Source of the DNA: Tetramitus jugosus
Lineage: Eukaryota; Protista; Heterolobosea
Assembly: GCA_937625935.1 (NCBI GenBank)
Contig: OW569348.1
Location: 434,001 to 498,000 of the forward strand
Direction of reading: 5' to 3'
Length of the DNA stretch: 64,000 nucleotides
Part shown: piece by piece, positions 1 to 9,911 of the stretch
How positions within the stretch are numbered: the stretch's first letter is position 1
Layout: each line of letters opens with the position of its first letter
Notes under the pieces: generated by a model
Databases searched by the model: none
Seen by the model: the letters and a program-made list of their open reading frames with translations, nothing else
What the model was told of the DNA's origin: nothing
Translations under genes and position numbers: made by a program

Positions 1-2761
1 TCTGACTGAATATTAAGCTCTTGTGGCCAGTGTGGATCAACTTTGGTAACATTCGATCCAACAGCTCAAATTTGCCACTCGCACGAATCAAATCACGGTC
101 AGAGAAATGAGCTGACCAATCATCAAGGAAGATGAACGGATGGTTGCACACCTTACGCAACTGAATCACTGGATTCATGAAATTCTTCACCTTTCTCTGA
201 CCCGCCTTTCCATCATTCACTACTAGTGCCTTTTGCTTAATTTGTTGATAGTATTTTCGTTGAAGATCAGATATGTCTGAGCAAATCACCTTTTCGACCT
301 TTTCTGGCAACTGGGACAGTACATCAGCCTTCTCACGACGCAACAAGAATGGCCGCAGAACTTGATGCAAACGATTAATAATAATGTACATCTCTTCATT
401 TTCTACGTCGACCTTATCTGATAAACCGTCGCTAAACCATGTTTCGAACCCAGCAAACTCTCCGAAAACCTTTGGAGCCAAAAAGTGCAAAAGTGACCAC
501 AACTCCTTCAAGTCATTCTGCAATGGCGTACCAGTCAACAACAATCTGTGCTTTGACTTGTACGTCTGCAAACTAGTCACCAACTTTGAATTTGCATTCT
601 TGATACGATGACCCTCATCAATAATAATATAATTCCAATCAATCTTCTTCAGGTATGCCATATCCTTCTTTCTACTGATAAACTCGTACTGTGTGAGAAC
701 TACATTAAACTTTTTTGTTCTAAACTGGTTCTGTTGAATCTTCTTTCGCTCCGCAGGCAATCCTCCATAAACTACAACATCCAACGATGGACACCACTTC
801 TCAAACTCAATTTTCCAGTTATCAATCGTGGAGAGTGGCATAATGATCAAGTGAGGTCCCTTGTTGCCCTTGTATTCGAGCAAGTAAGAGAGAAGGGCAA
901 TAGTCTGAATGGTTTTACCCAGACCCATCTCATCAGCCAAAATACCATTCAGACGATTGTTGTACAGAGAAACCATCCATTGCAAACCTTGCAATTGGTA
1001 CTCCTTGAGATCTCCTCCATTGAGAAATGAGGGTTGCTTGTCAATCACTTCGGTCAGCCTGTGAGCAATCTTGTAATATCCGCTTGACTCCTTGATCTCA
1101 TGTGGCTTATGCTCCTCAGTCTCCTCAACAGCTCGATCCTGAATCAACTGAGCACCAAGCTTTCTCAGCAAATCATCAGTCTGTGTAATCAAATCATTCA
1201 GTCTGTCATTCTTTGTATCCTTGATCGCTCTCTTATAAGCTTCAATATCATTGCCCTTCAACATGTCCAGACGAGCCTTCTTCTCTCTCTTCTCCTTCTC
1301 CTTTTGACGACGTGCTCTCTTTTCGAACTCTGTTGCCAATTGAGAATTGATCTTATCTACATGCTTCTTACGATTCTTGGTATAAAAGTCCTTAATTGTC
1401 TTCTTGTTGGCAGTCACATCAAGCAAAAACTTTTTCCTCTCCGCAATCTTTTTCTGTTGCTCTTCAATCTCGGATTTTCTCTTCTTTCGATCCGTTTGTC
1501 TCTTCTCCTTCTCCAATTGTTTCTTGGTTTTTTGAGATCTCGCACTTCCCATGCGATTCTGGTCCAGTGGTTCAATCTCTGATAAAATCTCACCTCGAAG
1601 TCGCTTCTGTGCTCTCAACAACTCCAACTGTTTCATTCCAATGGTGGCCTGAATTTTTTCATGTTGAGAAGTGTTTGGATTGATGATAATGTTCTTGTAC
1701 TCGAGATGCTTCACTCGAATCTTGAACTGGATACGCTTCTCACGCTCCTGATACAGATGCTTGAGATCCATTTGATTTGGTTTTATGAGCAACTGATTCT
1801 CTGCAATTTTTTGAGTGGAATACAATTGTTGAACTGCGTGTTGTGGTGGATAACCACTGCCATTCATTGGAGGAGCACCACCATTTGCTACACCTTGCTG
1901 TGCTGACATTCGATGCTGTTGCTGTTGTTGTTGAGCGAGTTGCTGTGGTGTGAGTTGTTGGTGTGGCTGTTGTTGTTGAAGAGTGGATCCTGGCATCTTT
2001 TCAGTTTTGATTGCCAAACCGGGTGATACTCTAGATTGGGCAACAGCAGCTGCTGGTACATGTCTCACATTTTGTTGTTGTTGTTGCTGTTGCTGTTGTT
2101 GCTGTTGCATAGGAACGTGCTTTGCTTCGTAGTGTCTCAAATTGTTTGATACATCCATGCCGAGTACAGCTGACAAGAGCTCAAACGGTGGAACTTCATT
2201 TTTGGTCAAGTGGAATTTGAAGGCAAAGATTTGAGCTCTCAACCGATCCTTTTGCTCTGGAGAAAATATGGGCATGTAAGTGGGTTGTGGATGATATTGT
2301 GGTTGTTGTAGTTGTGGTTGCTGATGGTGAATAGTTTGTAGTTGTGGTTGTTGTTGTTGTTGTTGTGAGATGTGATGAGGGTGCATCGACGGTGGTGGTT
2401 GTGTCTGTTGTGGTTGCTGTTGCAATTGTTGCTGCTGTTGTTGATGTTGTTGAAGTCTTCTCTTGTAGGCGACAATCTGCTTCTGTAGGACCTCATGCAA
2501 GTATTTGAAATTGGCATTATTGTGCTGATTGAGTCCCTTTTGCTTCATGTCTTCCAATATGGTATGAATCTTTCGAAGAGAGTCTTTGCTTAGAATACCA
2601 GCCTGTTGTGATCTGTCCTTTGTCATCATTTGTTGAATCAGCTGACTAACATCAATATTGGTTGATGGTGCTGTTTGCTGTTGTTGTTGTTGTGATGGGT
2701 CATTGACAGTAGCGGATGTTGTGGCATTTCCACCATTCAGTGAAGTGTTGTTGCTTTGCAT
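1..2761 (-). CDS. SNF2/BRM-family chromatin-remodelling ATPase (QLQ, probable HSA, SNF2_N); 3'-partial, runs off the window start
   Basis: Minus-strand translation from ATG 2761 gives poly-Q, QLQ-like LRAQIFAFK, then ILADEMGLGKTIQ (Walker A), IIDEGHRIKN and LLLTGTPLQNDLKELWSLLHF. It is missing from the ORF track because there is no stop inside the window. Confidence 0.9.
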   Translation of the reverse strand, partial: MQSNNTSLNGGNATTSATVNDPSQQQQQQTAPSTNIDVSQLIQQMMTKDRSQQAGILSKDSLRKIHTILEDMKQKGLNQHNNANFKYLHEVLQKQIVAYKRRLQQHQQQQQQLQQQPQQTQPPPSMHPHHISQQQQQQPQLQTIHHQQPQLQQPQYHPQPTYMPIFSPEQKDRLRAQIFAFKFHLTKNEVPPFELLSAVLGMDVSNNLRHYEAKHVPMQQQQQQQQQQQQNVRHVPAAAVAQSRVSPGLAIKTEKMPGSTLQQQQPHQQLTPQQLAQQQQQQHRMSAQQGVANGGAPPMNGSGYPPQHAVQQLYSTQKIAENQLLIKPNQMDLKHLYQEREKRIQFKIRVKHLEYKNIIINPNTSQHEKIQATIGMKQLELLRAQKRLRGEILSEIEPLDQNRMGSARSQKTKKQLEKEKRQTDRKKRKSEIEEQQKKIAERKKFLLDVTANKKTIKDFYTKNRKKHVDKINSQLATEFEKRARRQKEKEKREKKARLDMLKGNDIEAYKRAIKDTKNDRLNDLITQTDDLLRKLGAQLIQDRAVEETEEHKPHEIKESSGYYKIAHRLTEVIDKQPSFLNGGDLKEYQLQGLQWMVSLYNNRLNGILADEMGLGKTIQTIALLSYLLEYKGNKGPHLIIMPLSTIDNWKIEFEKWCPSLDVVVYGGLPAERKKIQQNQFRTKKFNVVLTQYEFISRKKDMAYLKKIDWNYIIIDEGHRIKNANSKLVTSLQTYKSKHRLLLTGTPLQNDLKELWSLLHFLAPKVFGEFAGFETWFSDGLSDKVDVENEEMYIIINRLHQVLRPFLLRREKADVLSQLPEKVEKVICSDISDLQRKYYQQIKQKALVVNDGKAGQRKVKNFMNPVIQLRKVCNHPFIFLDDWSAHFSDRDLIRASGKFELLDRMLPKLIHTGHKSLIFSQ

Positions 2762-3195
2762 TGTTGTTGATGGTGATTGAAATTGTGTATGACTGTTGAA
2801 CTAATCGTAGCTATTATTATTGGAAAAAAAGAATAGAACTCAATGTTAGATGTTGCCGTCACGAGTCTAGAGAGCGTACCTGTGTCACTTACCTTGTTGG
2901 CGATTGTATCATGCAGAAATCAATTTTTTTTTGTGTATTTTGCGTTGTGTTTTCTGGGAGGAGTTTTTTTTTCGTTTGCTTCAGAACAATCACAACTGAC
3001 TCTTTTTTTCTCTGTGTCTGTGTGATGGTTTTCAAATGTTCCTCCAAAAACTAAACACCAACTTGTTCGTCAAGGCGCCAACCGAATTTTTCCATAATTC
3101 CCCTAAAAATAGTTTATTCATAATTCAACTTGTTGATTGAACCGATCTCAACAAGAACAAAAATCAAAAAACCACCAAGCAACAAAAGTAATAAA

Positions 3196-4278
3196 ATGAC
3201 AGAAGAAACAACCAGTACCAATGGCACCGTACCGACCAATGACACGAACCAAACTGTTGACGAACAAAACAATACCAATGAGAATGAATCTACTCTGTTT
3301 TTTGACTCTGAAATTGTAGACTTGGCTCATCATCCCCATGCAAACATGAATGTCGAGTACAAGTTGGGACCCAGCATCACCGATCTCGATCTAACACACT
3401 GTGGTCTCCGTAAAATTGAAAATATTCAGCACTTGACGAAATTAAAAGTGTTGAGATTGAGACAGAATTTGTTGACAAGTGTAGAGGATGGATTGGAAGC
3501 TTGTTCCGAACTGGAGCACCTGGATCTCTATGACAATCAACTAAAAACACAATCGATTTCAGTTGAATTGTTCAACAAGTATCTCAGTGCAAGTCTGGTT
3601 CATCTCGATTTGTCATTCAATCAGTTGAGACATTGTGTCGTTGGTTTCAATCTGCCACTGTTGGAAGAGTTGTACTATGTGAACAATAAGATTAAGAAAA
3701 TGGATGAGGGAGCGTTCGATCATTTACCATCGCTTCAATTGTTGGAATTGGGATCAAATCGTATTCGTGAGATTGAGAATCTGGAGCCATTGGTTCAATT
3801 GAAACAATTGTGGCTCGGAACCAACAAGATCACACAAATCAAAAACCTGGACAATTTGGTCAATTTACAAAAGTTGAGCATACAATGTAATCGATTGGTC
3901 AAAATTGAAGGATTGTCACACCTCTCTCAGTTGACAGAGTTGTACTTGTCTGAGAATGGAATCGAGAAGATTGAAGGATTGGAGTCATTGGTCAATTTAA
4001 AGATTTTGGATTTGGCAATGAATAGAATTAGCAAGTTGGAAAACATTGAGCACTTGCAACAGTTGGAAGAATTTTGGGTCAATGACAATTTGTTGGAATC
4101 ATTTGAGGAATTATCGATTCTGTCAAAACTTCCTACACTGGACGCTGTTTTCCTACAAAGAAACAAGATTGAACGTGATCCACAGTACAAGAGAAAGGTA
4201 GTCCTAATGCTACCGCTGATTACACAACTGGACGGCTTTCCCGTCATGAAAAATAATCTCCTCTTGAATGCTCAATAA
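3196..4278 (+). CDS. SDS22: Protein phosphatase 1 regulatory subunit 7 (Sds22), leucine-rich repeat protein
   Basis: Tandem SDS22-type LRRs (LELGSNRIREIENL, LWLGTNKITQIKNL) and an LRR cap (YKRKVVLMLPLITQLDG). First ATG is at 3196. Confidence 0.85.
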   Translation: MTEETTSTNGTVPTNDTNQTVDEQNNTNENESTLFFDSEIVDLAHHPHANMNVEYKLGPSITDLDLTHCGLRKIENIQHLTKLKVLRLRQNLLTSVEDGLEACSELEHLDLYDNQLKTQSISVELFNKYLSASLVHLDLSFNQLRHCVVGFNLPLLEELYYVNNKIKKMDEGAFDHLPSLQLLELGSNRIREIENLEPLVQLKQLWLGTNKITQIKNLDNLVNLQKLSIQCNRLVKIEGLSHLSQLTELYLSENGIEKIEGLESLVNLKILDLAMNRISKLENIEHLQQLEEFWVNDNLLESFEELSILSKLPTLDAVFLQRNKIERDPQYKRKVVLMLPLITQLDGFPVMKNNLLLNAQ

Positions 4279-4371
4279 ATTAAGACATTTCTATGTCCGA
4301 ACATTTATAACCAGTTGATTATCGCCAAAATCTGTTACTTTGGTCACACTTCGGTGAGGCGAAGGATATTT

Positions 4372-4388
4372 GCCGCAGTTGGGACCAA
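4372..4388. repeat. Target-site duplication, left copy (GCCGCAGTTGGGACCAA)
   Basis: Identical to 6024-6040 and directly abuts the poly(T) run. Confidence 0.95.
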
Positions 4389-6023
4389 TTTTTTTTTTTT
4401 TTAATACAACCATTTCGGTTGCTCCGATTTTATTTTCTGACTATTTACACTGGATAACGCTCGAAGAGCGTTATCTCCTCCGTTACTTTTCATTTCTCAC
4501 AATGACGCTCGTAGAGCGTCATTGATCTGTGTCTTCCTTGTGGGAGATGAATAGGCGATGAAGGGTGTCGACGCACCTCCTCTTCACCCTGTTCACGAAT
4601 GATTTCGCTTTCTTTTCCGCCATTACCTTCTTCACACCGTTCATCCTCAAACCTTTTGTTACTTGTTCCACTGCTTCATTTTCAACCCCCATCATACCAG
4701 ATAGGAACTCCTTGCTTGTCTTACGATTTTCTCTCACAGAAATTTTGCCATCCTTCCACACAACATTATCAAACCATATATTGATTTGCTGCTTATGGTG
4801 AATACCCAGCTTGTCAAGGTCTTTACCTACTGACAATGCCAGTCTTCTTCGGCGCACGATGGCCCTTGGACAACGTATGAGACAGTGTTGTATCGTCTCT
4901 GGCTCTTTGAGACATAGCTCACATCTTTCCATCACTTCATCCTTGCCATATAGACACCGCATTGTCTCTTTTGTGTGAAGAGTACCGCTGCGCACTTGAG
5001 CACAGAACCACTCCACTTGCCTGTTGATCTTGTGGGGGTACTTCAGAAAACTGAAGTCAGCTCCGCTTCGTATTGCATCAGCTTGCAGCCAGTAGAGCCT
5101 TATCCCCGAGATTCTTTCGGTTCTTTTTTGATCCATCATTGACTGTAGCTGCTCTCGGCTCTCGATACGGGAGTCCCCCATCATGAGGGATTCTGCGTTA
5201 CTGCTGGGAGGGCCCTCCCTTTGTGATTGACACTCACAACCGTTCATTTGTGACACCATGATGTTCAGCATCTCGTGAGATCTTGTCCCGATCTTGCACC
5301 CTGGGAATTCAATTCTGATGTCCTTCAGACTTTTGAGCTTGTTGTCCAGGACCAATTGGTCCCTGTTTGTAATACCACCAAGGAAGAGCCTTTTGAGGAT
5401 AGCTGATGGCACATATCGTGCGATGTTGCAGTCATCACAGTTGTTGTAGACCCGTTCCTTCCCTAGTTTGATATTGTATCTGTGCATTCTTAGCGCACAC
5501 CACTTCAGGTAAGAGTGCTTAGCGTGTTCCAGCCTGTTGCTCGACTGAAATACATTCTCTGGTTGGAATGTTTGTTTTTGCTTGATCTCCTCAAGCGTGT
5601 CAAGCAACAGCTGTTTCGCTTCGGTATCTCTCTTACCAGACACCATTGTACTGACAAACCAGGCGGTTTGCGTCGTGATAGTTTCTTCTATATCGTTCAG
5701 ACCGATCGATCCATGATCACTGCTGACCGGGAGCAGCTCGGAGGGGAAGCGTTTCATTGCTACCGATCCGTGCTTGACCAGCATCCTACCCAGTCTGTTC
5801 ACCTTGAGTATCCATCCATCAGTCCAATCAGTGAACTCAGACGCATACTTGAAAATAGGGTGGATACATGTATTCACTACTCTTGCCACCTGTCTGGGAG
5901 TAAGCTTCATCATTTTCAACCTAGTCACTACTCTTTGGGACTTGTTCCACGCCTTCTCAATTTGTTGTTTTGTACTCCCCTTTAGGTTGGTGAAAAGACC
6001 CAGTGCTCGAAAGACTCGAGAAC
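4389..6023 (-). mobile_element. 5'-truncated non-LTR (L1/Tx1-like) retrotransposon with poly(A) tail
   Basis: A 14-T run at 4389-4402 is the poly(A) on the minus strand. The element is flanked by identical 17-mers. Its reading frame is open from the 6023 junction to the stop at 4519. Confidence 0.92.
4519..6021 (-). pseudogene. C-terminal part of retrotransposon ORF2 (end of RT domain and CCHC zinc knuckle), no real start codon
   Basis: SRVFRALGLF resembles the last RT motif (YLG-type). LLPVSSDHGSIGL resembles the post-RT GGLG motif. CELCLKEPETIQHCLIRC is a zf-RVT-type CCHC. No internal stops. Confidence 0.85.
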
Positions 6024-6040
6024 GCCGCAGTTGGGACCAA
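6024..6040. repeat. Target-site duplication, right copy (GCCGCAGTTGGGACCAA)
   Basis: Identical to 4372-4388 and abuts the truncated 5' end of the element. Confidence 0.95.
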
Positions 6041-6080
6041 ATAAAACTAAGGTTTTACACTGAGTTTCTCAAGATAACAA

Positions 6081-6151
6081 TCGGTCATGGTATAGGGGTA
6101 GCATTCCAGACTGTCACTCTGGCGACCCGGGTTCGATTCCCGGTGATCGAG
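6081..6151 (+). tRNA. tRNA-Asp (anticodon GTC)
   Basis: Acceptor stem TCGGTCA/TGATCGA, anticodon arm CCAGA-CTGTCAC-TCTGG, T arm CCGG-GTTCGATTC-CCGG (B box), and T runs just downstream as a Pol III terminator. Confidence 0.95.
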
Positions 6152-6313
6152 AACTTTTGTGTTTTTGTTTTAGTCGGAAATTCATTACTCCGAAACCTCA
6201 AGAAATAATGAAATTTTAGTTCACACAAACAAACCGAAAAACACGCACAACCACACCAAGATCTCTCCGTTGCCAAAATAGACATCAAACTTAAATACCC
6301 TCACATATAAATA

Positions 6314-7836
6314 ATGGCCAAGAGTATGTCTTTTTGCTTTTCACAGTTTCCGAAACACAACAACAACCATCACTTTGAATACTACATATAATGATGAAAG
6401 CTCAACGCACACCGAATACACCCAGCACTCCTAGTAGTAGCAGGGCCAAATCACCCATGACCCGTTCTCACTCTTCTCATTCTCTCTCCTCTAAAGGATC
6501 TAGTAGCAGTGGAAAGAAGCAAAAGCTCAACAGAAGTCCATCCTTTAACCACCCGGACGACGTATCCGACAGTGCAAGTGACTCTCACTCGATTGCATCC
6601 ACTGGTGACTTTCATGATGATGATTTGAATGAACAGGAAAAAACTTGGCAAGATTTATTGCTCGAATCAATTGATGACCTCACAGAAAAGAGAGGAAAAG
6701 GAGCAAGGAGAACCACTGCCCTCCACACCATCAATTCTCTGCTGACCAAACATTATTGCTATGAAGCATTGAGTAATTATATTGACACGGCCACGAGAAA
6801 CATTTTTGGTTGCGTGTTAAAGTCAGCGAGCGATGAAGAAAGTGTGGAAAGCTTGAGAGCGCTGTGTCTGTTAGCGCTCACGTTTGGCACGACAGGAGTT
6901 GATGATGAAATGACGGAGAAAATCATTAGAGAATCACTTGAAATTGCACAGCAGTACAACAATAAGACCAATGAACAATTGTTGGTGTCTCCAAAGGTGA
7001 GACGCAAGGCACTCTTTACCTATACACTGTGGAGTTTGATTGACAAGACACCAGAGGAATTTGTTCCGTTGAAGAATGTAAACAAGAAGGCAGCCGAAGC
7101 ATCTGTCGAACAAACGCCCGCTCTCGAAGCCCTTCAAAGCTTTTGGCCTCGAGTGCCCGATGCAGACTACAAGGGAGATCAGGATTTGTTGGCCGACAGT
7201 ATTACATGTTGGTCTCTCTTGTGCACAGTCGTGCCTGGCCACTTGTTGGACAAGTATGTCGTAGCCAATGCGAAAATTACTCTGATGAAACTGGTGATCA
7301 ACGATCACAGTCAATTCCAAGTCAAGAGAGCTGCTGCCGAGGCCATGTGTCTCTTGGTTGAAAACACAAGCTTTAGCTCTGAAACGAGCACTCTGTTTGA
7401 TGATGCATCGGATGAGATTCGACGTTTGAGCACACAAACAGACAGAACAACAAGCAAGAAGGAGAAATCATCACAAAAGTCTCAATTCCGTGACTTTTTG
7501 TTCACTATTGAAGACGGAGAGTCACCTCAGCTACCATTGACCATCAATGGAGTAACATTGAACTTTGAAAGCTGGACAAGAATCATTCAGTTCAATTTCT
7601 TCAAGTCAGTGCTCAAGGCCGGTATCAACACCCACTTTACTTACAATGATTTCGTGAGGGAGGTGTTTGACATATCGAGAATTAACTTTGCATCTGACGA
7701 GGCAAGACAGGGAGCATTGTCACCCTCAGAGAAGAAGTTCTACATGGGCAAGGGATCTGCCTACCAAAGAGAAGACACAAAGCAAAAGAACAAGCTGACA
7801 AGACAATTTGCTCAATATCTCTCAGTTGATGAATAA
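6314..7836 (+). CDS. Interferon-related developmental regulator (IFRD) family protein; exons 6314-6323 and 6401-7836
   Basis: Ser-rich N-terminus, IDDLTEKRGK..RTTAL, and the C-terminal SKKEK..QKSQFRDFL..IE / F.SW motifs typical of IFRD. The GTATGT...AG intron restores the frame (MAKTQRTP). Confidence 0.75.
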
Positions 7837-8302
7837 ACTCTCACGAGATTCGCTGTCACTTTTTAACTTTTTTGTGTGAAATTCTCCTTCCGAAGTCATG
7901 TTCTGGTATCGCGCTTGCCGAAGAAGATTCAAGCGCGAAAATTGTATGATTTTAGAAGAATGAACAAGTCAACCAATGGAATGTTTACCCCAACACACGA
8001 CAAATGTCGCTCTTTCTTGTAACGGATAGTCCAATCAAAATGATCATTACAATAAAAAAAGTGCTTGAAAGCCCTCAGCTTGAATCCAAGGTGTTTTTCG
8101 TCAATGACGTGTTGTGTGAATGGCGTTAGTGAATCGGTCGCGTGTGTTGAAACAGCGCTGTTAGAGTCCGCTGATCAGTTGCTAGCTGCACCAGGGGAGA
8201 TCCTATTTACACACACCACAACAGCTAGTTGCGAAAACCAAAAAAGCAAACCACCAACAACAACAAAAAAACCAACCACAACAACCACACGAGTCCACAA
8301 CC

Positions 8303-9829
8303 ATGCAACACTTGTTGAAGAAGACCTCCTCTGTTGCCATTAGAAGCAACAAGACGATCCAACAAAAGGCCACCCCATCCGTCATCACCAGAAACTCTCA
8401 TGACTCCTCCTCCAATGAGCCTCGTTTCTTGGAACAAGTTGGTCTCTACTATGACAAGGCTGCCAACTCTACTCCATATGACACTGGTCTCCTCAACTAC
8501 ATTAAGGAAGTTGACTCCTTGTACGAGTTTTTGATCCCTCATGAAACCATCTCTGCTGATGGTAAGAGAGAAGTCCAAACAATCCGTGCGTACAGAGCTC
8601 AACACTCTCACCACAGATTGCCAACCAAGGGAGGTATCCGTTATGCTCCTGATGTCAATGCCAATGAAGTCAAGGCTCTTGCTACTCTGATGACATTCAA
8701 GTGCGCTGCTGTTGATGTTCCATTCGGTGGTGCCAAGGGTGGTGTCTGTATCGATACCAAGAAGTACACTGTCCACGAATTGGAAAGAATTACCAGAAGA
8801 TTTGCTGCTGAATTGATCCAAAAGGGTGTTGTTGGCCCAGCTATCGATGTGCCTGCACCTGATTATGGTACTGGTTCCAGAGAAATGTCTTGGATCTCCC
8901 ACACTTATCAAACCTTCCACCCAACTGACATTAATGCATTGGGTGTCGTCACTGGTAAGCCAATTACTCAAAACGGTATTAGAGGAAGAACTGAAGCCAC
9001 TGGTCTCGGTGTCTTTTACGCTGCTAGAGAAGTGTTGGAAGATGAGGCTTTGATGAGAGGTGTCGGTTTGAAGGCTGGTGTCGCTGGCAAGAAGGTGATT
9101 GTTCAAGGCTTGGGTAACGTTGGTTATCACTCTGCAAAGTTCTTTGCTGATCACGGTGCCAAGATTGTTGGTATTGGTGAGAGAGATGGTGCCTTGTTCA
9201 ATGCCGATGGTTTGGACATTGATGATGTTCACAACTACATGGCCCGCAAAAAGACTATTCTCGGATATCCAAAGGCCACCGTCTTGGAAAACCCAAAGGC
9301 CATCTTGGAATACGAGTGTGATGTTTTGGTGCCTGCTGCCTTGGAAGGACAAATCTCTCTTGAGAATGCACACAAGATTCAAGCAAAGGTCATTGCTGAA
9401 GGTGCTAACGGACCAACCACTCCAGCTGCTGCTGAGATTTTGGAGAAGCAAGGTGTCATTATCATTCCAGACTTGTTCTGTAACGCTGGTGGTGTCACTG
9501 TCTCCTACTTTGAATGGTTGAAGAACTTGGGTCACGTCCAATTCGGTAGATTGACCAAGAAGGCTGAACAACAAGGTAAGGTTGCCATGTTGAACGCTGT
9601 TCAAGAAATGACTGGAAGAACTTTGCACATTGAAGAGTACAATGTCATCACAAAGGGATCCAGCGAAAAGGACTTTGTCTACTCTGGTTTGGAGAGCACC
9701 ATGAAGGACTCTTGGGCAGTCATTAGAGAGATTGCTCACGACAGAAAGTTGAACTACAGAACTGCTGCCTACGTCTCTGCTATTGACAAGATCACCAGAT
9801 GCTACGGTGAATTGGGATTGTGGCCATAA
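8303..9829 (+). CDS. GDH: Glutamate dehydrogenase (NAD(P)-dependent), mitochondrial precursor
   Basis: AYRAQHSHHRLPTKGGIRY, DVPFGGAKGG, DVPAPD, VQGLGNVG, EGANGPTT, NAGGVTVSYFEW; basic N-terminal presequence. Confidence 0.97.
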   Translation: MQHLLKKTSSVAIRSNKTIQQKATPSVITRNSHDSSSNEPRFLEQVGLYYDKAANSTPYDTGLLNYIKEVDSLYEFLIPHETISADGKREVQTIRAYRAQHSHHRLPTKGGIRYAPDVNANEVKALATLMTFKCAAVDVPFGGAKGGVCIDTKKYTVHELERITRRFAAELIQKGVVGPAIDVPAPDYGTGSREMSWISHTYQTFHPTDINALGVVTGKPITQNGIRGRTEATGLGVFYAAREVLEDEALMRGVGLKAGVAGKKVIVQGLGNVGYHSAKFFADHGAKIVGIGERDGALFNADGLDIDDVHNYMARKKTILGYPKATVLENPKAILEYECDVLVPAALEGQISLENAHKIQAKVIAEGANGPTTPAAAEILEKQGVIIIPDLFCNAGGVTVSYFEWLKNLGHVQFGRLTKKAEQQGKVAMLNAVQEMTGRTLHIEEYNVITKGSSEKDFVYSGLESTMKDSWAVIREIAHDRKLNYRTAAYVSAIDKITRCYGELGLWP

Positions 9830-9911
9830 ATTCACTTGCCCACAAATAAAAGAAAAACAGTTTTGCAAACTTGAAGTTGTTTGGTCTTTGTGATTATTGT
9901 TAGTTTTTAGT

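Noticed and set aside
384-1906. Plus-strand ORFs (384-611, 608-1030, 1100-1582, 1396-1683, 1661-1906)
   Set aside because: They are antisense shadows of the minus-strand SNF2/BRM gene.
4519-4930. Restriction-like endonuclease after the zinc knuckle (R2-type element)
   Set aside because: No RH(D/N) motif or PD-(D/E)xK signature follows the CCHC. An L1/Tx1-like element that lost its N-terminal endonuclease by truncation fits better.
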